From NCBI RefSeq assembly GCF_009914755.1, contig NC_060929.1: a DNA stretch of 64,000 bases; one strand, 5' to 3'. The DNA comes from the human T2T-CHM13v2.0 reference genome, Homo sapiens. The position numbers were made by a program, and so were the translations under genes. Positions 49,471 through 64,000 of this stretch are shown here, one piece after another. The notes beneath the pieces were generated by a model that saw nothing but the letters and a program-made list of their open reading frames with translations, did not search any database and was not told the origin of the DNA. Numbering within the stretch: the stretch's first letter is position 1; the number at the start of each line of letters is the position of its first letter.

Positions 49471-49774
49471 TCACATATTATTTTAAACATAATTTTAAAT
49501 GAAGGTATAACTGACCACTGAGATTTTTCCAACGATGCTTATTTTTTTTAAAAAGATTCCCTTCTTATTGAACATTTAGTTTTTATACAGTATCCATCAT
49601 TATTATTAATATTGTAATAAACTTCTTTGGCTATAAAGATGTTTCCATATTTTAAATTTTGGTCTTAATGAGGCTTCATAGATGTGAATTACTGGCTAGA
49701 ACATAGAAAATTATAATCCAAGAAATGGCACTTGGAGAATGGAATGTGATTCATTCCTTTAAGTTTGCCCAACG

Positions 49775-49990
49775 TGAGGCTATGGTAAAAATTCTGAAGC
49801 CAGATCGCCTGTGTGCACATTTGGCACATGTGGCTCTACCCCTCCCTTGTGACCTGGATTAAGTTACTCATTTCTGTGAACCTCAGTTTCCTTATCTGTA
49901 AAACTTTTGTAAGTTGTCCTGAGGTTTAAATAAGCTAATATCTATAAAGTGCTTACAGTCATGTCTGGCACATAGTAAACAGTATATAAT
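49775..49990 (+). mobile_element. MIR
   Basis: 'tctgtgaacctcagtttccttatctgtaaaa...tctggcacatagtaaac'. Confidence 0.75.
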
Positions 49991-50799
49991 ATTATTCAAT
50001 GTTATTTTATTAATATAAAACTGAAGCTATAAACAAGAAGTTGAGCTGAGATTCTGGAAGCTTTGACCAAGCTGACAAAAAAAGTGGATTGGAGGCTTTT
50101 AATGTGCTTCAGCCACTTAAAAATAGCAAGATAGTGCATAAAGATCAACTCTGTGAGCTTTAATTCAAGAAGGAAAATGGGAATCCACCAGAATTGTAAA
50201 GGACACCCAGATCCTTGGGAATACTGGTAAACAGCCCTTGTGATGGCATCTGGCTGATAAAAGTGACTGAAACGCCAGCATGTGAGAGAGGCAGTGAGCC
50301 TCCCTCTGTGACTCACCTTTCCACTGGGGACCCAAGCAACCCAGGTAGAGGGAGGGCATCTTGTTTCTCCAAAGCCCTGGAGCTAATATGGTGAGTGCCT
50401 TGGAGATGCTGTGAGGGAAAGACGTAGGGAAAAGTTGCAGACACTAACCCCAGACCTGGGACTGACCGCAGGATGTCATTTTGAATTTAGGCATATACAA
50501 AGTCAGCCATTCTTTGGTGACCTAGCAGCATAGCTGCTTGGCATTTTAGTCTTGGGCCAGAGACTAGAGTGCCTTCTCTGGCAGGATAAGGGCCTTCATA
50601 GCCAGAACTGTGAAAAGCACCTCAGTAGTAGGCTGTGGGATGGTGCTCTCCTCCATCGCAGGCCAGGGATAGAAGGAGAGCTGCTATGGCTGAAGTTTCT
50701 CCTCGGTGATGAGATTTGCAGGCAGGGCCAGATTGGCAACCTGGAACCTGTCTGCATGTGCCATTGCTGGTTGTCCCAGTCTGCTCCCTTGAGATCGAG

Positions 50800-51400
50800 G
50801 TGCAGTGGGGCTCTCTCTGCTCCACCCCCAGGCAGAAATGTAGGCATTTGGAATGCTCAGTTGCCTGGAACAGCATGAGCCACCCCACCCTTCATGGACA
50901 TAGACCCTAGTACAGTGAGGCACTCTCTGCTCCACACCCAGGCAGATCTCCAGGCATTCAGAGCACCTACTCATCTGGATCAGCAGCTTGGCCCACTCCA
51001 CACTTCCTGTGCAAAGGTCCTAGTGCAGGGAGGCCCTCTCTGCTCCATGCCCATGTAGATCTCCAGGCATTTGGAGCGCCTGCTCTCTTCAATCAGCAGC
51101 CTGAACTGCCTCACCTTTCCTGTGCAGAGATCCTGGTGTAGGGCAGGGGGACCTTTCTGCTACATGCCCAGGCAGATCTCCAAGCATTCAGAGCACCTGC
51201 TTGCCTGGTTCAGGCTTGGGTCATCCCACACCTCCTGTGAAGAGATGTTGGTGCAGAGGGTCCCTCTCTGTTGCATGCCCAGGCAGATCTCTAAGCACTT
51301 GCAGTACCCACTGCCCTAGATTTTAGGAGTTTAGGCTGCTCCCATCCCCATGTAGAGATCTTGAGGCCAGTGGAGTTTCCCAGTTCCACGCCTAGGCACA
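50800..51400 (+). repeat. Tandem ~110-bp units in the L1 5'UTR
   Basis: 'ctctctgctcca..cccaggcagatctccaggcatt' recurs near 50812, 50924, 51036, 51154 and 51265. Confidence 0.85.
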
Positions 51401-54400
51401 GTACTGGGAGCTTGGTGGCTGGCACTGGATTCTCCCTTGGTGCTGGTGCTTGTGTCTGCCCTTTCTGGATCTGTAGGCGAACCTGTCTGGTTCTGCCCTA
51501 CCTGTCATGGTCTCCGTTCCCCCAGGGCTGAGCAGGGAGCTCAGATCACTGTCTACTCCATGGATCAGCCCATTGCCTGAGACAACGAAGAGCTTCTGCC
51601 CGTAAACAAGGATCAATTATATACCCAGCTGCATTGGCCATAGTCCACTCTTAGCTGTAAGCACCATCTACTGGCTTGTAGGTCAGACTGCACAGCCCAA
51701 TATAAAACCTGGCGAAAGAAGTGCACAGAGCTATAGAAGCAAAGCCAAAAGATCCTACACAGCATTCTCTACAGTTCCGCTCCCTACAGAGGGAGGGAAA
51801 GGGAAAAAAATATAGAGAAAGAAAAAAAGGAAAAGTCTTACCTGCATGAAAATGATTATGAAAATTAGAAGGGCAAGTATCTTCAGATGAGAAGGAACAG
51901 TGCAAGAATTCTGACACCATGAAAAATCTGAATGTAGTGACATCACCAAAGGATTGCACTAGCTCTCCAGCAATGGTCCCTAACCAAAATGGAAACTCAG
52001 AAATAACAGATAAAGAATCTAAATCATGGATTGGAAGGGAGCTCAATGAGATCCAAGATAAGGTTGAAAATCAACAGAAAAAAACTTCTAAAGGAAGAGA
52101 TAAACATCTTAACAAGAAATCAATTAGAGCTTCTGGAATTAAAATACTCACTTAAAGAATTTCATAATACAGTTGAAAATTTTGATAGACTGGACCAAGC
52201 AGAAGAAAGAATTTTGGAACTTGAAGACTGGTCCTTTGCACCAACTCAGTCAGATAAAATTAAAGAAAAAATATTTTTAAAAAGTGATGTAAGTCTTTGA
52301 GAAATATGGGATTTTGTAAAGTGACCAAACATACAAACTGTTGGCATTCCTGAGAGAAAAATACGCTTAAATACATAGTTCACAGACCCTATAAAGCAAC
52401 CACATAATAGAAACTACAAAGCAACCAGCTAATAACTTCATGATAGGATCAAAATCGCACATATCAATATTAACCTTGAATGTAAATGGTCTAAATAACC
52501 CACTTAAAAGGCAGAGTGGCAAGTTGAATAAAAAAACAAGACCCATCTATCTGCTGTCTCCAAGAGACTCATCTCACACATAATGACACCCATAGGCTCA
52601 AAATCAAGGGCTGAAGAATGACCTACCACACAAATGAAAAACAAAAAAGAGCAGAGGCCACGATTTTTATATCGGATAAAAGAGTCTTTAAACCAATAAC
52701 AGTAAAAAAAGGACAAACAAGGGTATTATATAATAATAAGGGTTCCTAAATATATATGCATCCAAAGTTGGAGTACCCAGATTCATAAAACAAGTACTTC
52801 TAGAACTGCAAAAAGACTTAGACAGCCACACAATCATAGTGGGGGACTTTAACACCCCACTGACAGCATTAGACACATTATCAAGGCAGAAGGCTAACAA
52901 AGAAATTCTGGACTTAAACTTGACACTTGACCAGTTGGACCTAACAGACATCTACATAATGTAGATGTTGATGTGCTGTTGGGTTTGGTTTGCTAGTATT
53001 TTGATTGTCCACCCATCAACCACAAAATATACATTTTTCTCATCTGCACTTGGAATATACTCTCAGATGAAACACATGGTTGGTCATAAAGCAAGCCTAA
53101 ATATATTTTCAAAAAAACTGAAATCATGCCACCATACTCTCAGACCATAGTGGAATAAAAACAGAAATCAATACCAAGAAGATCTCTCAAAACCACACAA
53201 TTACATGAAAATTAAACAACTTGCTCTGAATAACTTTTGGGTAAACAATTAAATTAAGGCAGATATACAAATTCTTTGAAATAAATGAAAACAGAGACAC
53301 AGCATACCAAAATCTCTGGGATGCAACAAAAGCAATGCTAAGAGGAAAGTTCATAACACTTAAACGTCTACCTTAAAAAGTTAGAAAGATCTCAGATTAA
53401 TAATCTAATATCACACCTAGAAGAACTGGAAAAATAAGAACAAACCCAACCCAACTCTAGCAGAAGAAAAGAAATAACTAAAATCAGAGTGATACAAAGC
53501 ATCAGTGAACCCAAAAGATGATTCTTGCACAGCATAAACAGGATCAATAGAATACTAGCTAGGTTAACAAAGAAAAAAGAGAGACGATCCAAATAAGCAC
53601 AATCAGAAATGACAAAGGTGACATTACAACCGATTCCACAGAAATACAAAAGATCCTCAGAGACTATTATGAACATCTCTGTGTATACAAACTAGAAAAT
53701 CTAGAGGAAATAGATAAATTCCTGGAAACATACAATCTCTCAATATTGAATCAGGTAGAATATGAAACCCTGAACAGCAATATTGAGTTCTGAAATTGAA
53801 TCCATAATAAAAAACCTACCAACCAAAAAAACTCTAGACTAGATGGAATCACAGATGAATTCTTCCAGATGTACAAAGGAGAGCTGGTACCATTCCTACT
53901 GAAACTATTCCCAAAAATCTAGGACCCCTCCCTAATGCATTCTATGAAGCCAGCATCACTCTGATATCCAAACCTGGCAAAGAGTCAACAACAACAAAAA
54001 AAGAAAACTATAGGCCAATATCCCTAATGAACTTAGACACAAAGATCCTCCACAACATACTAGGAAATCAATTCCAACAGCACATCAAAAAGTTAATTCA
54101 CCATGATCAAGTAGGCTTCATTCCTGGGATGTAAGATTCGTTCAACACAGACAAATCAACAAATGTGATTCACTACATAAAAAAAATTAAAAATAAAAAC
54201 TATATGATCATCTCAATGGATGTGAAAACATCCCTTCATGAGAAAAACCCTGAAGAAACTGGGCATCAAAGGAACATACCTCAAAATAATAAAAGCCATC
54301 TATGACAAACCCAGAGCCAGCATCATACTGAACAGGCAAAAATTGGAAGCATTCTCCTTGAGAACTGGAACAAGACAAGAATGCCCACTCTCACCACTCC

Positions 54401-55761
54401 TATTCAACATAGTATTGAAAGTGCTATCCAGATAAATAAGATAAGAGAAATAAAGAAAAGTCATGCAAATGGGAAAAGAAGAAGTCAAACTATCTGTCTT
54501 CATGGACAATATGACTCTATACCTAGAAGACCCTAAAGACTCCCTCAAAAGGCTCCTGGAACTGATAAACGACATCAGTAAAGTTTCAGGATACAAAATC
54601 AATCTACAAAAATTAGTAGCATTTCTATACACCAATATCATTCAAACTGAGGGTCAAATCAAGAATGCAATCCCATTTAAAATAGCCACAAAACAAAATA
54701 CTTAGGAGCACAGCTAACCAGGGAGGTGAAAGATCTCTACAAGGATAACTACAAAACACTGCCAAAAGAAATAATAGATGACACAAAGGGAAAAACATTC
54801 TACACTCATGGATTGGAATAATCAATATTGTTAAAATGGCCATACTGCCCAAAGCAATCTACAGATTCACTGCTGTCTTATTCCTATCAAACTACCAATG
54901 TCATTTTTCACAGGACCTGAAAAAACTATTCTAAAATTCATATGAAACCAAAGAAGAGCCCAAATAACCAAAGCAACGCTAATCAAAAAGAACAAAGCCC
55001 GAGGCATCACATTACTCAATGCCAAACTATACTATAAGGCTACAGTAATTAAAACAGCATGGTAGTGGTACAAAAACAGACACAGACCAATGGAACAGAG
55101 TAGAGAACCCAGAAATAAAGCTGCATACCTATAGCTATTTGATCTTTGATAAAGTTAACAAAAATATGTAGTGGAGAAAGGACTCCCTATTTAATAAATG
55201 GTACTGAAATAGCTGCTTAGCCATATGTAAAAGAATGAAACAAGAATACTACCTTTCACCATATACACAAATTAACTGAAGATGAATTAAAGATATAAAT
55301 GTAAGACCTCAATCCATAAGTATTCTAGAAGAAAATCTAGGAAACACCATTCTGGACATTGGATTTGGGAACAAATTTATGACTAAGTCCTGAAAAGCAA
55401 TTGCAACAAAAGCAAAAACTGTCAATTGGGAGATAATTAAATGAGAGAGCCTCTGCACAGCAAAAGAAACTATCAACAGTGTGTAAACAGACAACCTATG
55501 GAATGGGAGAAAATGTCACAAACTATGCATCCAACAAATATCTAATAACCAGAACGTATAAGTAAGTTAAACAATTACGCAAAAAACAACCCCATTAAAA
55601 AATGGGCAAAAGTCGTGGACACTTCTCAAATAGAAGACATACAAGCAGCCAACAAATAAATGAAAAAATACTCCACATCACGAATCATCAGAGAAATGCA
55701 AATCAAAGTCACAATGATATATAAACTCACACCAGTCAGAATGGCTATTATTAAAAAGTTA

Positions 55762-56354
<593 letters not shown>

Positions 56355-57623
56355 TCAGAAAACAACAGATGCTGGCAAGGCTGCAGAGAAAAGGGAATGC
56401 TTATATACTGTTGTTGGGAATGTAAATTAGTTCAGCCCCTGTGGAAAGCAGTTTTGAGATTTCTCAAAGAACTTGGAACTACCATTCAACCTACTGAGTA
56501 TAAATCATCCCACTACTGAGTATAAATCCAAAAGGAAATAAATCATTCTACCAAAAAGACAAATGCAATAGTGTTGCATGTTCATTGCAGCACTATTCAC
56601 AATAACAAAGATATGGAATCAATCTAGGTGCCCATCAACGGTGAACTGGATAAAGAAAATGTAGTGCATATACACCATGGAATACCATGCAGTCATAAAA
56701 AGAATGAAATCGTGTTCTTTGCAGCAACGTGTATATGGTTGGAGGCCATTATCCTAAACAGATTAATGCAGAAACAGAAAACCAAATACTTCATGTTCTC
56801 ACTCAGAAGCAGGAGCTAGATGTTGGGCACTCACGGACATAAAGATGGCAACAATAGAAACTGGGGATTATGGGGTTGGGTGAAAGGGTTGAAAAACTAC
56901 TGGGTACTAATTATTTGGACCCAAACCTCAGCATTGTGTAATATACCCAGTTAACAAACCTGTACATATACTTCCTGAATCTGAAATGAAAGTTAAAAAA
57001 AGAAGGGATTATCCTCCAATTGTATGTCTTTTAGAGTACCAGTTCTCATAGAGGAAATCCAGGAAGAGTATATTAGAGCTGTGTGAAGTACAGAGGGCTC
57101 AACTTGTGGAAGGTTTTACAGTTTCCAAAGTCTTTTGATGTTGGTATTCCCAGACACCACCTCTCCCACCCGCCCACAACATTCTTGTGAAGTGTAGGTC
57201 ATATTTGGTCTATTTTACAGACAAGAAAGCTGAGGCTTAGAGTCATGGAGTGACTGAACAAAAATCCATAGTTACTAAGTGGAAGATCCATGACCTGACT
57301 TCAAGTCTTCTACCTGCTATCATAACAGTTGATGACATTACAGAATGAGTCCAGACAAGCGGAATATGAATGAATTTATACAAATTCTCGAACAATTGAA
57401 TAAAAAGGCAATTTTAGGATAAATGATAGAAAATATTCCTATTTGTCTATAAAAATGGAAAATGCTAAATGTCTAATTCCCCACAGGATAAATTCTTGAA
57501 GAAATTCCATAAATGTCATGGCTTCACATCAAAACACTTCAATGGCAAAATTAATTGTCTCTAAATCCTTTGTGTGATGGTTACATCATAGGGTTGGTTT
57601 ACCATAGGTCAAATCCACTGTGG

Positions 57624-57928
<305 letters not shown>

Positions 57929-57935
57929 TGCCACT

Positions 57936-58880
57936 ATATATATATATATATATATCGTATATATATAAAAATATATATATTTATATATAATATATATTAT
58001 ATATTATATAATATATATAATATTATATAATATATAATATTATATATTATATATTATATAATATTATATATTATATAATATTATATATTATATAATATAT
58101 AATATATTATATAATATATTATTATATTATATGTTATATAATATATTATTATATTATATGTTATATAATATATTATTATATTATATGTTATATAATATAT
58201 TATTATATTATATGTTATATAATATATTATTATATTATATGTTATATAATATATTATTATATTAATATATTATATAATATATTATTATATTATATATTAT
58301 ATAATATATTATTATATAATATATTATATAATATATTATTATATTATATATTATATAATATATTATTATATTATATATTATATAATATATTATTATATTA
58401 TATATTATATAATATATTATATATATGTATATATATGTATAATATATATGTATATAATATATTACATTATAATATATAATATAATATTATATTATATAAT
58501 ATATTATATATTATATCATATAATATATTATATATAATATATTATATAATATAATATGGTATATTATATATTATGTAATATATTATATATATTATGTAAT
58601 ATATTATATATAAAATATATATAATATATATAAAATATATAGATTATATTTATATATTATAATATACAATTATAATATATTATATATATTTTAATATACA
58701 ATTATAACATATATATTTTAATATACAATTATAATATATTATATATATTTTAATATATAATTATATTATATATATTTTAATATATAATTATAATATATTA
58801 TATATATTTTAATATATAATTATAATATATTATATATTTTTTAATATATAATTATATATTAAAAATATATATATATTTTA
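57936..58880. repeat. AT-rich compound mini/microsatellite
   Basis: Almost pure A/T; ~27-bp units (tatattatatgttatataatatattat) followed by ~32-bp units (atatatattttaatatataattataatatatt). Confidence 0.97.
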
Positions 58881-61800
58881 CAGCAGAAGTTATTGCTCCC
58901 AACTTACATAGGTAGTAAGAATTGTTCACACCTGATGTGTTTTATACTAAATTAGATACAGACCAAAGAGCTTTTATTAATTGCTAAAACTTTGAAAATT
59001 TATACCTTTCTGGGAGAATCGGCAAGTAGGAAAACATAATAGCAATTTAATTAATTAATTAATTTCATTAGCCTTCACAGAGCACTTTGTATAGAGTGAG
59101 GCACAGAGTGGCTGGTGAAAGAACTAAAGGTGACAAATGGAGGAGTTTTCCAGGCAGTGAATCGGTGCATCTTTCCAGATTATGAGCAGCAGAGCCTGTG
59201 GTAGGTAACACTGCTCTGATTCTATGCCTGATTCTGTCTTTATGGAAGAGCTTAAAATTGGTTTTGGAAGAGCGAGTGTGTGGACATAAAGTTTTCATTT
59301 GGTTTCATTTTCCTGAAACCAACTTAATTCTGATGTGACCTTTCCAACTGAAACGCTGCTCCCCCGCATGGCCTCAGAGAGGCCCAGCATCCATCTGTGT
59401 TGTATTAAAAGGAAAGACAAACAGTTTTGGACTTCACATTCATGGTGGCTTAGTTTTCAACAGAAACGGAAGATTTAAACAAAAGGTTTCTTGTAAGGAA
59501 AGCCTTTTCTCCTTTATTGTTAGATATTATAAAAATATAAGCTTTTCCTCAAGTTGATGTCATTGTACTCCCACTCTTAATAAAAGAAAACAGAATAGAA
59601 AATTTAAATAGCCCTGTATCTATTAAAGAAATTGAATTTGTAATGAAAAACCTTCCCGTAAAGAAAAGGAAATAAGACATGACTTGATGAATTAACATTT
59701 TGCTTTCAGAAACTGGTTTGTGTATTTTGGCAGTTGAATAAAATTCTGCTAAACTCTGGAGCAAAATGAAGGTCCCTGTAATGGCGGCTAAATAGGGATG
59801 TGGCGATTCCCTGAATGGGGACGCTGACTGTATCACCCTCACAGAGGGGCCTATTCCAGACTTAGCTTACACATGGCTGAAATGGTCAACTAAAGGGTTG
59901 TTTTGTTCCATTTGATCGCTTTAGTGTGTGAAGATACAGTTCAAGCGTCATCAGGAAAAAAAATGTGTAATACAAAGAAAAGTAGTAAATAGAAAATTGA
60001 CATCTTGAACGGTGACTGAGTCTGTGAACTCCAGCCCTTGCCACACATGAGGTTCAGTGAAGGTCTGGGTTTGCACGATCTGGTGGACTTTTGGAAGAGC
60101 CATTTTCTACACCCTCCATCCGACTTCAGCCTTTACCTCTATGCTGAAGATGTCCACATTTAAAGTTCATTTCTTAGTCTTGCCCTCAAGATCCATTTTC
60201 CTGTGGCATATATTTTATCTGTCACAACAGACCTTAAAATCAGGATGTTTAAAACTGAAATTTTCATTTCCTCTCATAACATTCTCTCTTCTCAGTAATA
60301 GCGTGTCCATTCTTCCGGTCACCCACATTTGGAAATCTAAGCATTCCCCCTGCCATCACCTTCTTAGCTGACTTCCAGGCAGCTGTTAGGAGAGTAGAAT
60401 ACACTGGCATCTGCAGATCCTTGACATTTCCTGGGAATGGATTCCTAAGACTTCCAGAACCTGTAGATATTCAAACAGTACTATAATAGATTTTTGTACC
60501 ATAAATTGCAGCAAAATTAAACTTTTGCTACTAAAGACAAAGAAAACAAAAAGCCACAGTATAGAGAAAAGACTGAGCAATCAGCTGATCTTACTCACTG
60601 GCTAAACTATTCCTTCCAATGTAATGTGCCTGAGCTAAGCTACCAACTTAGCAAAATGGTATATTACAGGGGGCCCTTGGAGATGTAACTTCTGGGCTTC
60701 GCTGAGTATTAGGACTCTGAAGGTCCGTGAAGTTTATTAATTTTGTTAGGCCAATATAACAAAGGCATTGCATGAAATGACTCCAGCCATTGCTCCAGCC
60801 AGCACAAGAATTGTTCAACAGGGGAGGCATTAAACTTCAATGAAAGTGGAAAAGGCAGTTAACTTGTGGTGTGAGGATATGCACAGGAGACACACAACTC
60901 TTAATGGAAATGAAAATAAAATGTTGAAAAAGCCAGAAGCGCATGTAAATATTTCTGTGAAGGACCAATGAAATTGTTTCAAATTTTCATTTATATGTTA
61001 GTACTTTTTGGGGAGAAATTATATGTGAAAGGTGCACTGTGACTGGGATTTTTGACTGTCTGGAGATGTGTTCTCTCAGAGTGCTAAGGAGCTACAAAAC
61101 TATATGTTGTGAATCTTTGAGGTTGCTCACAAGTATTAAGATCTATAATATTTCAAAATAAATATGCATATAGCCACATATACATATATATATGTATAAA
61201 CACACGTACATAGATGTACTTATATACTAAATGCATGTAGATTTCCTTGATTCTTTTGGTGCTCTTATGTGTCATAGGTGAAAATTCTCAGTCAATCCTA
61301 CAACCTAGCATTTTGATGTGTATCAATCCTAACATGAAATAACTAAATTAATCCTTAGGCCCCCGTTTAGACTCCCAAACATTGTAGATGTTTATTTTCC
61401 TTGCTAAAAATTGAATTTAGCCCCCCATTACACTTCATGAAGATTAGCAGATGGTAATTGCTTCCCAGTTGAGTTGGGTTGGGTTTGAACCAATGACATT
61501 TTTTTTTTTGAGTCTCTTTATTCAGCCATTTGCCTGGTTAAAATCTCAAAGTTGAAAAAAAAACTCTTGAAAATACTCCATGGGTTGTCTTGATCGTTAA
61601 GTTGCATGTCCCAATATAAAATCAATTTATAGAGCAGCTTTGCTAAGTGTTCTTTTACTCCTGATGTTTTAGAACAGTTTTTTTAAAAAACAAGTTTTAT
61701 GGTAGGAATTCAGAATGACTTTCCAAATGTTATGTAAAGTGGTAGGCAGGATAGGTTGTTTTAGTCTTGATATTTTATTTAAGTGCTGTTTTCTATAAGC

Positions 61801-62539
61801 ACTTAAAAGTTTATTGTGCAGGGAACTGAGTTCCCCAAATGAAGCACGGAGTAGTTCCAATGAAATTTACTGAGAATTTCAGGCTACTGTGAAATCTCAG
61901 TGTCCTTTTAAAAATGGAAATATGAGAAAACTACTGTCATGGTGGTCTTTAAGTTTTTCCCTTTGGCCTGAGCATTTGCCATGGGAATAAAGAAAAAACA
62001 AACACAAGAAGACTTATTTTCTATGGCTTGTCAATATGGATATCAGAAGCTTGATTGATTTGTGTGGGGATCAATTAGGTCATGTGTAAAAGGCTGATGG
62101 ATTTCTAGACCTTGTTGCTTCAAACATTACATAAACCAGGTTATATCCTTCCCAGAAGCTGTAGTCTGGTTACAATTCAAGGTCTCTGTAATTAACTCAT
62201 GACCCAAACTTCTTTCTGGTGGAAAATAGTGCTTTTCCTTTTCTCAGTAAGAAAGCACACTGGAATGATGAATTTGAGTAGATCCACTGAACAATAAGGT
62301 CTTCCTAAGCTGATCTGTCCTATATCTGCTGCTACCAGTGCTGACTCATGGCATCAACTCTGGCAGCATTTCCTTCACTGCACCTTTCCATCTAACTGAT
62401 CCTTGAATCTTCCTTTTTCATTTCCCCTTCTCTCCAGGACTCATATCCCTCCAGAGGCCCGCTACTTAATCTATCAGAAGCTCTGTAAACTCTATATTTA
62501 GTATAGACTCTGTCTGGTTTACTTATCTGTATTTTCGCT

Positions 62540-63600
62540 ATCATCCCCCTTGTTCAGGACAAGGGTGTGGGTCTTTGCTTCTCTCCTGGGCCAATACTAC
62601 GGCTTTCTAATTGGAATCCTTGTTTCCCCTCTTGTGCATGCAATCTATTCTTTACACAGAGCTAGTCGTCTTTTTTTTTTTTTTTTTTAATGTGCATTGT
62701 GAATGCAGCTGGAGGCCATTATCCTAAGCAAATTAATGCAGGGACAGAAAACCAAATACTGCGTGTCCTGACTTAGAAGTGGGAAGTGGGAGCTAAACAC
62801 TGGGTACACATGGACATGAAGATGGGACAACAGACACTGGAGACTACTAGAAGCAAGGGAGAGGGAGGAGACAAGGGCTGAAATCTGCCTATTGGGTACT
62901 ATGCTCACACCAAGGGTGACGGAGTTATTCATACTCCAAACCTCAGTGTCATGAAAATACCCATGTAATAAACCTGCACACATACCCCCTGAAACTAAAA
63001 TAAAAACTGAGATTATAAAAAAGTACATCAAATTATATATCTCTCCTGCTTTCCACTTCCATTTAGCTTAAAATTCAAATTCCTTAACCTTGCAAGATTT
63101 ATATCCTATCTCAATCTATGCCTCTTTCTTCTTGGACCACTGTGCTGTCTACTCTGATTTTTTTTTTTTGACTTCTCAGAAACACTAGACTTAAATCTAG
63201 ACCTGTGTACTAGAGTTTCTCTCTAACAGAGACTATCTCTCTGTTCTCAACCTCCTTCCCACCCCATATATTTATTTTATAGCTTCCCCTCCTTGACATT
63301 CAGATCATGTCAAATGATATAGCCCCAAAAGTCTTCCTTTGACCACCCAGTATACAGTAGCTATCAAGTCACTCTCAGACAAATTATCCTATTTTAATCA
63401 TTAACATCATATGATATTTTAAAATCTATCAATCTTCTATTTATCTAATCTGTCATGTATCTTTTTATTGTCTTCTTTTACAGAAATGGGTTATAGTAAC
63501 CTCCATGAGAATATGAATCTATCTTTAAGGTTCAGTGCCTAGAACTATGAGCTTGGTACATAGTAGGTGCTCAATAAATGTTTGTTAATAAATAAATAAA
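62540..63600 (+). mobile_element. L2a 3' region interrupted by an L1 fragment
   Basis: 'tgcaatctattctttacacagagctag', 'aagtcttcctttgaccacccag' and terminal 'catagtaggtgctcaataaatgtttgttaataaataaa'. Confidence 0.75.
62700..63022 (+). mobile_element. Short L1PA13-16 3' end
   Basis: 'atgcagctggaggccattatcctaagcaaattaatgcag...cctgaaactaaaataaaa'. Confidence 0.88.
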
Positions 63601-64000
63601 CTTGTGGCATCTAGGCTAGTTATGATTCATCAAAGCTAGAAAGATGGGTTTGTTCATTTTTCTGCCAGGATCAAACAACCCTGTTATCGCAATTTTTCCC
63701 CAAAATACCTCCATTATTATCCTTTATTCTCTATTCTCACTCCACACCCTGATCTAACTCCATGTCACTTCCAGCCGGGAATCTGTTACCAGCCTCCTAT
63801 TTAGATTTTATAACCGTAGGCTCTTAATTCTTCAATAGATCCTGTTTTTATCATATTATTGCCATGAAAAAACATTAAAATTCTGTAACAAAAAAAGGAT
63901 TTATTAAAACACTATTAAAAGTGTGAAGGCAACATTGAAAGAGAACAAGGAAAAGAAATCACACTTAACCAATATTCTAATAAGATTGTCTTTCCTTTCT

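Noticed and set aside
50800-51400. Spaced repeats suggestive of a CRISPR-like array
   Set aside because: Whole units are homologous tandem repeats of an old L1 5'UTR in primate DNA; there are no unique spacers.

Overview
Primate (hominoid-type, probably human) intergenic-looking DNA. About half is transposable-element sequence: a full-length L1PA2-like element (21186-27224, minus), a full-length L1PA6-like element carrying an AluY (about 43025-49470, minus), an older L1PA15-17-like element (about 50050-57000, plus), two oppositely oriented solo LTR2 (HERV-E) LTRs, MaLR/ERVL LTRs, Alus, MIR/L2, DNA-transposon relics and a ~950 bp AT-rich repeat. No intact protein-coding gene is recognisable. 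The main observation is a decayed five-exon CD28/CTLA4/ICOS-family-like gene on the plus strand (about 32.6-36.4 kb): leader, four-cysteine IgV, stalk/TM with a YxxxxT register, and two cytoplasmic exons, with family-consistent splice phases once a few frameshifts are allowed. It is inferred by manual translation and comparison with remembered sequences, and needs a profile search. A second set of splice-bounded segments on the minus strand (about 18.3-20.2 kb) could encode a single-pass membrane protein with a still-open ~250-codon terminal exon. Also seen: a probable gene-conversion tract between the two full-length L1s, an L1 antisense-promoter splice donor aimed at the pseudogene, and several templated-insertion or inversion scars. 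Repeat subfamily names come from memory of consensus sequences, not from a search.
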